64,000 nt of DNA, taken from contig DF237398.1 in assembly GCA_000708835.1 (NCBI GenBank), positions 1-64,000 on the forward strand, written 5' to 3'. The position numbers were made by a program, and so were the translations under genes. This document shows positions 1-11,700 of this stretch, one piece after another; the stretch's first letter is position 1, and the number at the start of each line of letters is the position of its first letter. This stretch comes from Klebsormidium nitens. Its lineage: Eukaryota; Plantae; Klebsormidiophyceae. A model generated the notes under the pieces. It worked only from the letters and a program-made list of their open reading frames with translations. It did no database searches and had not been told where the DNA came from.

Positions 1-1128
1 TTCCACGGCTCCATAGCCTATAAACCACCCTCTGCATATATGAATATCCCTAAAAATCCTGCGAGGATCACGCTCCTCGTGCATGCAATCCCATAGCATG
101 TCTTGGAATGCTATCATGCCTGAGCGCCACATATACATCCGGGGCAGCTCGTGTTTGACAGGTGCAAGAACGCCTCGATCGAACATGATCATTCTCATCT
201 TTAGTTCGGAGCCGTGCCTGTAAGACAACCGTCTTCAAGTACATCATTGATCAACTGTCCAGAAACTCTTAGGCCCGCCAACGCACTGAAGCTTCCGCGG
301 TGTAAAACTTTGTTCATCAAGCATGAGTACAACTACATGCCCAAATGCCTGGATATACTGCCAGTGATTGAATGAGAACCTTGTGCACATGGTTCAAAGA
401 ACTTCCTTGGTGAACAGATGTGCAAGATGTTGCAGGTAGATTATTGCACGGACACGCCACAGTCCTGTTCCTGGGTGCAACAAGTTCAGATTGCTTGTGA
501 AACCTCGCGTAAAAATAAAGGACATTTTAAATCATATGGTAACTTTGGTCCGCGAATGTTGTTTGTCAAAGGTCATCACTGGAATCCTGCTGACAGCAGC
601 AATGGTATGACAGTACATAATCAGCCGACGAATGAAAGCAAAGTCTATCTTGCCATTACGAACGAAGCCTTCCGTATGGAGCGGGGAGGGCTTACAAAAG
701 TTTATTGACGATTGCCACTTGTTCATGAGCTGTCCAGATGGTAGTCACACGACTAGCTCTACTAGAGCACTCGTCAGATTGGCAAGAGGAGGAGATTTTC
801 GGAAACTCGACATTTCTGATCAGGTACTCACTTCCTCCGAAGATTCTGTATCTGGCCCTTAATTTCTGGTACTCCTTCCATATCCCCTTATCTCTTTCTA
901 CAGCCTTTCGGTTCCTTAGACTTGCTTTTTCCTGCTTCAAAATCCAGGTCTCGCTAGTCTTATCCTCTCATTCTTAGCTTTCTTGACAAGATGCTCGTTT
1001 ACAGCCGACATCGACACATTTCAGTTTGATGACTAACCACCCACTATCTTCGTGACTTTCTTGTCGCTCGCATCTATTCCTAAGACTGCCACGCACTAGC
1101 TTTAAGGGAGCAGCTATACCTGCTCGCA

Positions 1129-2433
1129 TCACGGGTCCGCTGCACAGAACGCCTTGCACCACTTGCGGACTGTAGCCTCTTCCCCAACAGCGCGCTTACG
1201 AGTTTCCGTGTCGTCCCAGTCAATCCAGGGCGCTTTGTGTGGAAGGATGCAACGAAGCACGGTCACGGAGCACAGGGCCCCGCAACGTTCCCTCCCCTCA
1301 CACCTTTCGTCATCGACAATGAGTATCTTTGATTCGGACGTCCTCATTTTCAAGCCGTGTTCACGAGCAAGGGCTAAGAAATGGCCCCGCCAGATCACTT
1401 CGCCTCGGCTGATTACAAGCTCTTTCAAGTCGGGACACTTTTCCGAGAACTCAGGAAGCTGCAGAATGGGCCTCACAGCTGCGGTGCAGCGGTCCGTAGA
1501 GTGCGGACTGGCGTGAAGGAAAAGCCTCTGCAGATTGGGGCAAGACTGCGCCACCTTCTCGAGCATGGAACCGGAAGAGCGGTGATCCCAAGCGTCGAGG
1601 CGCAGGGTCTGGAGATGCGCCAGGGGTGTGGAAAGAACGTCGAACGGTAATGCGGGCCTCGCTGATCCGGAATTCTCTACATTATACCTATCCTTGCCGC
1701 ACTGGAGCCTCAGACAGCGAAGATCGCGCAGGGAAGCTGGCAGGAAAGACGAAGCATGCGCCAGATCTTCGAAGTCGATGTCGGTAAAGTCCAGACTGGT
1801 AAGACTGTTTGGGTTCTCCATCAGGCGCTCGTAATCTTTTCCAGTGTGGGCCCAGCTCGGTCCTGGGAAGCATCGCTCTCCACGAAGGATCAGGCTCTCT
1901 AGCATCGGAAAGGCTTGCAAGAAGTACAGGATGTCGTAATGGTACCTCCAGCATCCGTCCAATGCAATCTCCAGTCTTCTCAGAGAGTCCCTCGACACCA
2001 AATGGAGCTTGACAAAACCGCTGATGCTTCCCTCCGAGATACTTGCCTCCATGCTGCTCCACCGAACGGCTGAAAGAGCTGGCCAAAGGCGCCCTTCGAC
2101 CTCGCTTCCCGTGACCAGTTTCGACAGGTTTGGTCGAAGTTTAGTCTCTTCCAACAAGGCTGCACTCACATCTGCTTCCGACTCATCATTGCCCCTAAAG
2201 CGAGGGTTAGGAATCACGAGAGTTGTTGTGCACCGCCATGCAGAGTCCCGGAAGGCTTTGTTGACTCGCACCAGATGCTTCAAGCTGATTGGATGCTTTT
2301 TGATGGCCTTCTGCAAGATGCAATCCAGAAGCTCCGGACAGAGCGCCTCAAAGCTGACGCCACCAAAGCTGTCGCTGGATTGGCCTTTCTGCAAGGGCCC
2401 TCCTGAGCGCATACGCGCATTTTTGCTCGCCAT
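1129..2433 (-). CDS. Intronless F-box / leucine-rich-repeat (FBXL/RNI-like) protein, 434 aa
   Basis: Uninterrupted 434-aa ORF. N-terminal F-box-like segment FEALCPELLDCILQKA...LKHLVRVNKAFR is followed by repeated LxxLxL units (FPMLESLILRG, NSLTSLDFTDI, LAHLQTLRLD, CPNLQRLFLH, CPDLKELVIS). Confidence 0.7.
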   Translation of the reverse strand: MASKNARMRSGGPLQKGQSSDSFGGVSFEALCPELLDCILQKAIKKHPISLKHLVRVNKAFRDSAWRCTTTLVIPNPRFRGNDESEADVSAALLEETKLRPNLSKLVTGSEVEGRLWPALSAVRWSSMEASISEGSISGFVKLHLVSRDSLRRLEIALDGCWRYHYDILYFLQAFPMLESLILRGERCFPGPSWAHTGKDYERLMENPNSLTSLDFTDIDFEDLAHASSFLPASLRDLRCLRLQCGKDRYNVENSGSARPALPFDVLSTPLAHLQTLRLDAWDHRSSGSMLEKVAQSCPNLQRLFLHASPHSTDRCTAAVRPILQLPEFSEKCPDLKELVISRGEVIWRGHFLALAREHGLKMRTSESKILIVDDERCEGRERCGALCSVTVLRCILPHKAPWIDWDDTETRKRAVGEEATVRKWCKAFCAADP

Positions 2434-3373
2434 GCGGAAGCTCAGAGGCTGTTCACAAGGATTTGATGTCTTTCACCTCTATCAGACAGAGCGCAACGAT
2501 TTCTTCTTGCTTTCTGGTTGAGCTTGAAATGGAAGCTGATCCCGAAGCTCCTGCAGCGCAGGCGGCATGCGGCATACTTACATTGAGCCTGCATTGCGCC
2601 AACATTTGCATGCAGCATCCGCTATCAGATCGTCGAGAGCTAAGCCGTGTGTCTGCAGGACTTCTGCATTACCAGTCATGCAGGTCGTCAGCTCGTCGTC
2701 AGCTCATCGTAATGTCAGACAGGACGCTTTGTCAACAGTCATGCAGTCGCCAACTCAAGTGCCGCGGCCGCGGCCGCAGTCGACGAGATAAGTCGAATCT
2801 GTTGTCATGTTGACAGCCCGTCAAGTAGTGAATCGCGGTCTCAATTTGACTGTCCAGTCGCTCAGCTAGATTTGCATCGATCAGGAGCCACGGCATCAAC
2901 CTGAACAGAGGTTTGACTCGACTTTGCGCGCGGTTCAGCTTGAGGTAAATCCTTAGCAAACATTTTCTTTGACCAATCTACGGCGGCCTGCAATTGCTGC
3001 TGCCAATCAAAGGCCTGCGAAGCGCTGTAAATGATAAGGATCTATGCATATGTCAAGCTGCTAAGGTTGCATACAGTCATGGCAAACACCGCCTGGCGGG
3101 TCGAAAAAGTTCAGTAAACGTGCAGGGTGGAGCGCATCCAATCTATATGCGTTACTTGGGAAAGTCGGGCCCGAAACATGCATGCCTATCGCTTCACTCA
3201 GTTCCTTCCAATTGATAATCTCTTTGTTATGTTCGATCTAGCCTGTCCCTATAGAGCTATTCGGATATCCGCGGCTGCTTGTCGGTGCCCGAAATCTTGG
3301 CCGGCCATCCCTAAGATTATTTCGACTACGAACTTTCTTGACATCACTGCTCGATCGCGAATTAGGCGTGTTT

Positions 3374-6300
3374 TTACATGTATTCTAGAACGTGTCTAGG
3401 CATCTTAAGGATCTTCGGGAGGGCGTCCAGGTCTATCTTCCTCATGAAGAGGAAGCACGGGCGCAGGCGGCCGTTCCACAGGCACGGCATGGGACCGTAC
3501 TTGGTTAAGTCCTGCAGGGAACAAGTGACCTCATCGAGTCCTATGGAGTGTTTCTTGTTTTTCAATCTTGACGCCAGGGTTCCGTTCCGTTTGAAGCCAT
3601 CATCCGGAAAATATTGGGCGGCCCAAGCTGCGGCGTGCCGAAAAAAGAAACTTTCCCTCCCCTTCTTTTCTATCGTGAAAACCTCTACATCGGCTATGGG
3701 TAGAGACAAAAGCAGCTAACAGAACAAGAGAGGGTGTGTGAAGTTAAGATGGACACTACATTCGAGCTGTGCTTTGAAAACAAATCGTACGCGTCGACGA
3801 TGTTTAGTGAAATGTACGAAGATGGTGTAGGCGCCCCGCCCTGTGGACAGCCTTTAGGGCTGCTGATATGACCCACTCAAACCACTTCTAGCTAGGACCA
3901 TCTTCTTAACGAAGTACAGGTTTACAAGGCGTGCTGCCGCTAGTTCCCGTATACGGTATCCAGCTGGTGCGGGGCGCACCGGCTCACCGACTCTTTGAGA
4001 TTGAAAAGAGAACTCGGACTCTGAGCAAAGAGCATCAATCAACTTTGAACGTGGCTAGTTAAGACAACAGCTGGAACCTTATACGAACCTTTACGGTCTC
4101 GATTACGTCCGCCGTCAAGTGCTCCGAGTGAAAGAGGAATGGGTGCGCCGAGTGTGGGTACCACTTGACGAACGTGGTGCTCCGGTTGGCAATACCAGCA
4201 GGATCCAGCGCCTGTCACCAGTCAATGCATTTAAACGCAACTTAGATCTCCGGTTGGAGAGAGTTTTGAGAATCCCAACAAAGGGTGAGCTCCTCAAGGG
4301 ATTGTTGCTTTGAGGAGAAACACGGATGGGGCTACGTCAGCGAAAGTTTGATACAAGATTGAATCCACTACTCGTTGGTGCAGCATCTACGTCAGTCGAG
4401 CTTCAATCAGATACAAGGAGGCGCGTTTTAGGGCCTCGCGGTTAAGGAGACCTGAGAGACGGAATGCAACTTCCAAAGCTGGCAAGGATTTCATTAGAAT
4501 CCGAATTGGCTCCGCTGATTGGTATGCAGATTCACGGTCGGCGCAGTGCTTGTGTCTGGATCGTACAAGGGCCAGCAACTGCAGATCGGACGGCCGTCGA
4601 TGCCTTACGAGAACGAGGAGTAGAAAACATCCTAATGTGAGGTTCTAAGTGAACCGCGGCACTGAGATTCGGCTTTCAGGAGTATGTCGTACTCACGTTC
4701 ATGAGAGTCGGGAGGTAATGCTCGTCAGGGTAGCAGAAGTTGTGAGCAGGGTCGTTCTGTGCACCGAAACGAAGACACAGTTTGGAACAGAAAGCGCATT
4801 ATCCCGGTTATTGTAAGTAAGTCGGTTTTGGTTGTGATCCGCACTCTAGTAGTTGCTTTTCAGGAAGACTCATCGAAAAAGAGGGCGGCTCGATAAAGGG
4901 CGGAACAAATAGACGCTGGCATTCCGACAAGAAAGTCTCCAACCAGATGTTTCTCAACCTCACGAAATGAAGATGAAATTTTTTGACTCTCTTTTAATCT
5001 GCTATTTCGATGTTGGTGCAAGTACGCGCATGACACAGCGCTGACTCTAGACGCCCGAACAGACCGACGGAGAACAGAGCAAAGATTGGCTTGTTCGTGG
5101 ATTGCGACTCCCATCCATGTCACGTCCTCTGGAACCCAAGCAGAGTAAACAGACGATGCTTAAAAAAGTAAAAGAGGTGACTATGATGGTTGCACTTACC
5201 AGGCAGTGGTCCCGGAACTTTGGATAGTACTTTCTGTCCCGCACGACGATTGACGCGTGCCGTCGAGTGAGCGCGAACCACTGCACACGCACAGATGAAA
5301 ATGAATAGGTAAGGACAAGCGACGATGCGAATCCACTGTTACTCAGATCGAGGATCTGGAGTGATTGAGCGGCGAATCCAACTCTTAGCCTGGCGCGGGG
5401 AGCGCCTTAGGTAGCTACGGCATTGGTTTTCCCTTCTCTGCTTAGAAGAGCAACTTTTGCGCACCGTTCATATGGTTTTGGATATTCTAGCCACTAGAAG
5501 GAAGAGTATGATGAGCCCACCTGCGACCCTTTCCGCCACTCGCACGCGCTGACCTCCGGCGCCATCAACGGCTGGTAGCGCCCCAGTACGACCGGGCCGC
5601 CGTCGATGAAGCTGCAAACCAGCCAGGCAGTTTTCTTAGTCGGTACAAGCCTAACTGGCCGACAAAACAAGCCAGGTTCTTTGGAAGGCGCAGAAACTCC
5701 AAGAACAGCGCAGCTTTTTCTGAAGATACTACCTCAGAGCCGGGCGTCCGAGCACACCTGTCTAGCATACTGACTCCGGTCCCCATGAGGTACTCGTACG
5801 CGTACGGGAAGGTCCACACAGGTATGCACCTAAGAAAAGAGCAGGGTTGGGCGTCGGTATGCTCACTTTCGATCTACGTACCAAGATTCTGTGCTGAGAC
5901 AAGATGAGCAAAGAATCACCATTGGAAAATTACAGAAAGGATGATGGTGAAAGAGCCCAAGGCCGTCTCCTTGAATCAACGCAGATTGATATCTGGAACC
6001 TTGCCATCATGCGCTCTTGCAGTTCGGCCAAATGAGAGTGCAGGAGGGCCGGGAACGTACGTCTCTGATACGAGGACAAATCTTTCGTTGAGGGGGTCCC
6101 GCAGGGCGCGTGCAAGCAATCGCCTCTCTGCGTCGATTACGGTGATACCGCCCCAGAACACCTGACAGATTGGGGCCAATGAATGAGGGAGCCGCCTTTT
6201 GGCAGAAAAGACAACAATATCGTAGACTTGCTTTGAAATTGCCAGAGACACGTGCGTCTAACCGTGTCCTGCATTCTCCAGGTTTCGAAGAAAGTTCGTC

Positions 6301-7753
6301 GAGATCCGCTGCAAGATTTGGGCATGCTTTCTCACCAAAGGAGACTCGTGCAGTCACTGCAGGAGTCGGTCGTGCGGTTTTGATAAAAGTCAGACGAATC
6401 TCTTCAACATGCGTCTTGAGCCGTCTAAAATTGAATCCAACCTCTTGCAGCACACTTGACTTCATGATGTCAGAGGAATAGCAGAGACCGGACTCAGTAC
6501 AAGCGAAGCGCTTCCCCTTATCAGAGACTCCCTCTATTGTTGACCTCTTCCGCAAAGTGGAATATGCCCAGGTGACTTCGACTTGGGCAGGACACTCCTG
6601 TCTTCTTCTGATATTCACAAATTGAGCATTGATCGTTTTGCACCGCTGGCTTCAAAGTTAAGAGTTTGGTCATGCACAGAAGCGCTCAATTGTAACTTTG
6701 CTTTTCCCGTTCGAACTCTGAAGGTGGCCTCAATAAGGGAAAGGCCGGGTTTCAGTATCTGACCTCTTCACTTGGGATGCTGCGGCCCCGGAATACAGTG
6801 CTGTTGCTGGTTGTCTCGTTGAGGGTAAAGCCGGGACGGGAATGTACGTAGATAGAATACAACCATTCGTAACCCTGGAAGACACAAATACGAACTTCGT
6901 TCAGCTCACCATCCAATAAAACATTCTGAAACCCCATGAATTTGTCTTCTAGCTCGATAACACTTATATTGTCAAATATTGTGAAATACTGTGAAAGGTC
7001 ATGAACTCGGGAAGGGACTCTCGCGTGATTTGTGGCGGAATCTCTTGATAGGAAGGGTGCTGACTTTCAGATCAAACGTAAGCAACCTGTTCGTGTTTCT
7101 CACAAGGGAACTGAAAGACGATGTGCTCACCGTTTGAGATGCCAGACATTGTCATTCTGCTGACCAACTCGTCATCGAAGGTGCGCTCGCGCCTGATATA
7201 TACTTGTATCTCTGAGTCCATCCTACAATGTTCAATAACAACTGATGCAACTTTCAAAGCACAACAGCAGCACTTGTGGTACCTACCTCAAGAACGAAAG
7301 AAAAAGTAGAGCTGCATTTACAAGGATTTTTTTCTTGTTTCTTACGAGGCACTCAAGACGAAATCCTGAAATCGGAAGGAGAAGGACAAAACTCAAAGCT
7401 AAGGAGAACGGGAGTTCCTTCGAAACAATCTACAGGTTCACCTGGAAGAAGCGGTCCCAAACGCTTTCTAGCGGGATGGTGCCACGTGTCAGGAACATGA
7501 ACGCTATCTTCGGCGCTCTGGTTGGAGCCGCCGCCGGCATGGGGGCTCCCCCCGGTCCCTGCTCTGCCCCATGCAGCAGCATTTGGATGCGGTCATGACT
7601 TAACCCTTCGCCTACTCTCCACACGTCCGGCTTTCTATCCCACGGCAGGCTGCCAAACCTGAGTTCCGTGTTGACCATTAGGATGGTGACTAACGTGAAG
7701 ACAGCAATGCTTGCCGCACCTATAAAGGTCCACCTGTGGCTGGCAGGTGCCAT
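3374..7753 (-). CDS. Core-2/I-branching beta-1,6-GlcNAc-transferase family (DUF266/GT14-like, BC10-like) type II membrane glycosyltransferase, ~362 aa, 9 exons
   Basis: Frame-consistent GT-AG exons (minus strand): 7753-7442, 6874-6764, 6161-6061, 5829-5758, 5611-5521, 5280-5200, 4756-4697, 4211-4089, 3511-3374 (1089 nt). N-terminal TM helix, then family motifs KIAFMFLTRG, YSIYVH, DAERRLLARAL...NERFVLVSETCIP, WRKGSQWF, CYPDEHYLPT, ANRSTT...HP, CLWNG...CFLFMRK. Additional upstream (UTR or coding) exons cannot be excluded. Confidence 0.92.
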
Positions 7754-8764
7754 TTCTTCTCTTTCAGACAGTGTCTGGTTGGACACAGCGAAGCAGTTCC
7801 CTTAGCTGTCCGAACAATAATCCAGCACATGCACCTAAACTAAGAGCTCAAGCGATTGCGTTCCACGAGCTTCGTTACACGAATTCGAACCTCTGCGACG
7901 AGTGAGCAGCACGGTGCACCATGCGGTCAGTCCTTTCCTGCTGAAGTAAATCTTTTCTTCGAGGGCTTCGTCGGCCTTGACTTCGGAGGAGAATCCCTGC
8001 CAAACCTGATCTCGATGCAAAGATCGATGGCGGCCTTGGTCGAAGTGCGTATCTTCTCCCCTCGGCGGCAGCTTTCATGGCGAGTATGCCCTGCCAGCCT
8101 GCTCCAAGCAGGTCAAACGTTCCCCTTTGCAACAGAGTCTGCGATCTCTTGCAAGGCACACGAGGCTCCACAGAGACATATTTCATCCTTGCGAGTCTCA
8201 GCACCAGCTTCATGAGCTGGCGGACGTTCAACGCAGCATGCACTAGTGCATGCTCAAGGATCGAGAATGTAATGGGACAAGTCTACTTTTTGGTGGAGTG
8301 CGCTTTGTCAGCTTTGCTGGACGGCTTCACGGCTGACGATAGCTTCCTGTACCGCGCGGCTCCTCCTTAACAGAAGCTGACGTTCACATGTGCGCATGCC
8401 TTAGGCTGGTCAATGCCTGCTCCGATGTCATGTTGATGGAGAAACGATCCAGCTTCAAAGGAGCGAGAAGCTAAGATCAGTCTTTGCCACTTTGGTGAGT
8501 GCGAATTGTCTTGCGAACACGTCCCTTCGTGAGAGATGAGATACATCCGATCGTCAACTAGTTGCAACTTAGGCGGGCGGCGGCGCGGCCGGCCCACGCG
8601 GCGCCCGCGCTGCAGGCACTTGCGGCCGCGCGGCAACAGTTGAAGGACGTGCCACGCGAGTAAGCGCGCGCAGCTCAAATGTTGCAGAAAAGCAGGTGCA
8701 GACCTTCTCATTTGAATGCAATGCAGCAGCAAACTTTGCTGCAAAGCTTTGATGGACGGCGATC
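7754..8764. promoter_or_regulatory. Head-to-head intergenic region (candidate bidirectional promoter) between the glycosyltransferase and WASH1
   Basis: Divergent ATGs at 7753 (-) and 8765 (+). A very GC-rich patch at ~8570-8675 ends in a donor-like GTAAGC at 8660, a possible 5' UTR exon of WASH1. Confidence 0.45.
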
Positions 8765-11700
8765 ATGGCCGCCCAAGTTCACGAAGTGCCAGGTGAGCTC
8801 TGGCCGCGGACACCACGTGAGATCTTTTGTCATCCTGAACGAGCTGGGTAAACAGATATTTGATGGCGCTGCTGAGCTGGTTTTTGGACGCCTCCACAAT
8901 CTGATAAAGTCATGATAAAGTCTGATGTGGAGGGGGTGGTGGCAGTCACTCAGTTTAAGGCTGGGGGTGTAGCACTAGGAGTTCTTGGCCTCTTCTGTGT
9001 TAGCCAATGATGTATTGTTCGCTCTGGACATGTGCTCCCCCCTCCTTGCGTTCAGTAAATGTTCAGTCCATCTGTGCTGAGTGTTCATAATTGATTGATA
9101 GACAGACTGGAGCAGATGGTGGTACATAGAAGTCCTGCTTCCAAGTACACATCGTAACAGACCGCCCAACGTCGAATCAAGTACAAGTGGTCCGATAGGA
9201 GGGCTAATGCAGGAAGTAAATCAAAGCGATAGATGTTTGTCTTTTCTGGTGGTGGTGCGATGGTGAATGGTTCGGGCCATCATATTTGCGTCACCACCAG
9301 AAGGGGAACTCTTAAATCTGCTTTACCGACAGAATGAAAGCCCGGTCTCTAGAATGAATTTCAAGGATGTGAATCCAACTTATTGACCATGACCTAACGT
9401 TTCGCTGCTAAGAATGACCCAACGGTCTTCAATTTGAATCAAATGAGACTGACCATAAGAGCATTCTCAAAACGGCCTCCACATACATATGCAGCCTGCT
9501 TCTTTCACGTTTAAGCTGCAGTCTATCTGCTTGCGCAGTGGTGGCCCATGGCCTGAGGCCCGCAGAAACATATGCGCAGCTGTGCCAGGCGCTGCAAGCA
9601 TTACAGTCTACTGCAACAGCCGTCTTCGATCTGGTGGAGAGCAGAGTAGGCACTTCTTAGCTTTGTCTCCCCCACAGAGACCTTGGTTGGAGGTCTCATG
9701 TTAAAGTAAGCCCAATCCATGGATCCAAGACTTGGGGGAGAAATTGATGGTGGTGTTCTTGCATAAGCCCGTTGATGCTAGCCTCAGAACATTGAGTTTG
9801 ACGATTATATAGTGGTGCAACAGATAGCATTCACGGTGAAATGCCAGGTAGGTTTGTCGCAATTTTCCATCATTTCAAACAAGGGAACTTTGTCCCAATG
9901 GTTGCGGTGTCAGCTTCTACGTGAGATTCTGCGAAGCTTCATGCCTCTTCATCACGGGTTTTCTCATATAACTAGCAGGTTGGCTTCTTTTGTCTTCTCG
10001 GAGCTGGGGCCCTTATCAATCACGGGCAATTGCAGGTGGAGTCAGAGCGGGGCCGTCTGCGTGCGATAAGCAGTCGGATCAGGTCTGCGGAGGTAAGGTA
10101 CTCCCTTTCTAAGCCTGCGGCCAAAACAACCAAGTAGTGTGTTGCGGAGGCGGAGAAAATCAGAGTCCCACCTGGTTAATCCTGTGGCAAGATGTTCAGT
10201 GCCCATGGAAGCAGAGGATTCTCAGGAAGAAGCCAGCTTTTCCTAGGACTGAAAAATTGCTAACCCGTCCTGAAGGCAGACGCAGGCAGACCATTCACAA
10301 TATGATAAATTGTTGGAAATGGCAGACCCAGAAGTGAAGGGCGATATGTGGTTTGACGACCGTTTGGCCCTTACAGGCAAAGATTGCATCCCTGACCGGT
10401 TCCACCAAGGCCATCACGATCTATTCAAGCGCCAAGTATCCAGCACAGCACAACATCGACTATGAGCCAGTTTTCGGTATTCGGACTGCTCGCACTGATG
10501 GCCCTCAGCAAGCAATTCCTAGCGCTATCCCATTCAGGGGCGACCGGCAGGTAGGCCGAGCTATCTCAGTCAGGCGTCAGCTTTGACTCCTTTCTAGAAG
10601 AGCACCGACGCCGCTCTTTATTTCAGTTACCATTCCTTTCCACTCTTGATACTTCCTCCCATGCCCAGGTATTTGTGACTCGAATGTGTCGCTTTCAATT
10701 AGATCGAGCTGGCTCTTCCTTGGTTCAAGTCTTCTTCTGTCAAGGAAGCCCTCCCAGTATCCATGCCCGAATTGCCGAGGAAGCCTTACTCACAAGTCTG
10801 TCAGGTTCTCGGGGATGCACTCTGTTGGTACTCAAGCAGGACAAGTGCTGTCCTTGTCATTGACAAAAACGTATTTCGTGACGCCACTTGTCCATGCACT
10901 GAAAGTGACTTTGCTTGCTGGACCAGGCCCGTCCGCAGGGCACTGAGGAGGCGCTGGAGCTCTTCCGCTTTTTCTCAGCAGCCGCCAACCAAGCACCAAT
11001 CAAAGACGAAAAGGTGAGTGTGCAAGCCTCATCCTCGAAACGCGGATACAGTACAATCTCAGAGCTTACTAGATGTCCTGGTTCGGTTACATATCGCATA
11101 TTCATCGAGTGTACGCTTTCGCGCTGGAAGAGCAATCATTGTAGAAGGTGCAGCCAATGGATCCCAGTACTTGCAACATTTAACGTCGCGTTCCAAGAGC
11201 TTTTTGCCGCCCGAAATCGCACCTTCTGTCGTCAAAACGTTTGGATGTTAATCAGCAGATTCTTGGGGTTGCTCACTCAAGGGTCCTTCTTTTGATAAGT
11301 TTTTGAAACAGTAATGATGATTGAAGTGTAGCTTCAAACTAACCCGTCCCGTCCGAGGGGGTGGTCTTGATATTTTGCGCTTGTGAGAATGGGATGATCA
11401 GTACGTTCAGTTTCTTTCGCAGACCGAACGCCCTAGAATCCCGGCAGACCTCCGGTCCACGGCCAACCTCCTCCTGTTTGACACCACCGAAAGTATCTTG
11501 GATAGGTGAGCGCACTTCGAGACCCCACTTCCCGGGCCCTGGGTGCTGTAACGGAGCTTCGAGCATGCCTGAGCATTTTGGGATACGCCTTCACGTCTTG
11601 GATCGCAGTATAAAAATCAGGGGACCTCGTCTCGTGAGGTGCAGAAGCTCGCTGGGCAGCCTCATGTGATTGGAGAAGCGGATGACAGACCTAATTTGCC

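Noticed and set aside
1-1020. Protein-like minus-strand fragments (e.g. RDKGIWKEYQKLRARYRIF, IEAFLHLSNTSCPGCICG, and a frame open off the left edge) suggesting a decayed gene or transposon
   Set aside because: Interrupted by stops in all frames, with no consistent splice model, terminal repeats or recognisable catalytic motif.
3512-3709. N-terminal part of the 111-aa ORF 3374-3709 as a standalone gene
   Set aside because: Only 3511-3374 is the terminal exon of the glycosyltransferase; the rest is intron read-through.
7835-8744. Minus-strand ORFs upstream of the glycosyltransferase as extra coding exons or a separate gene
   Set aside because: No family motif. The ATG at 7753 already gives a complete type II membrane topology, and no unambiguous splice path was found.
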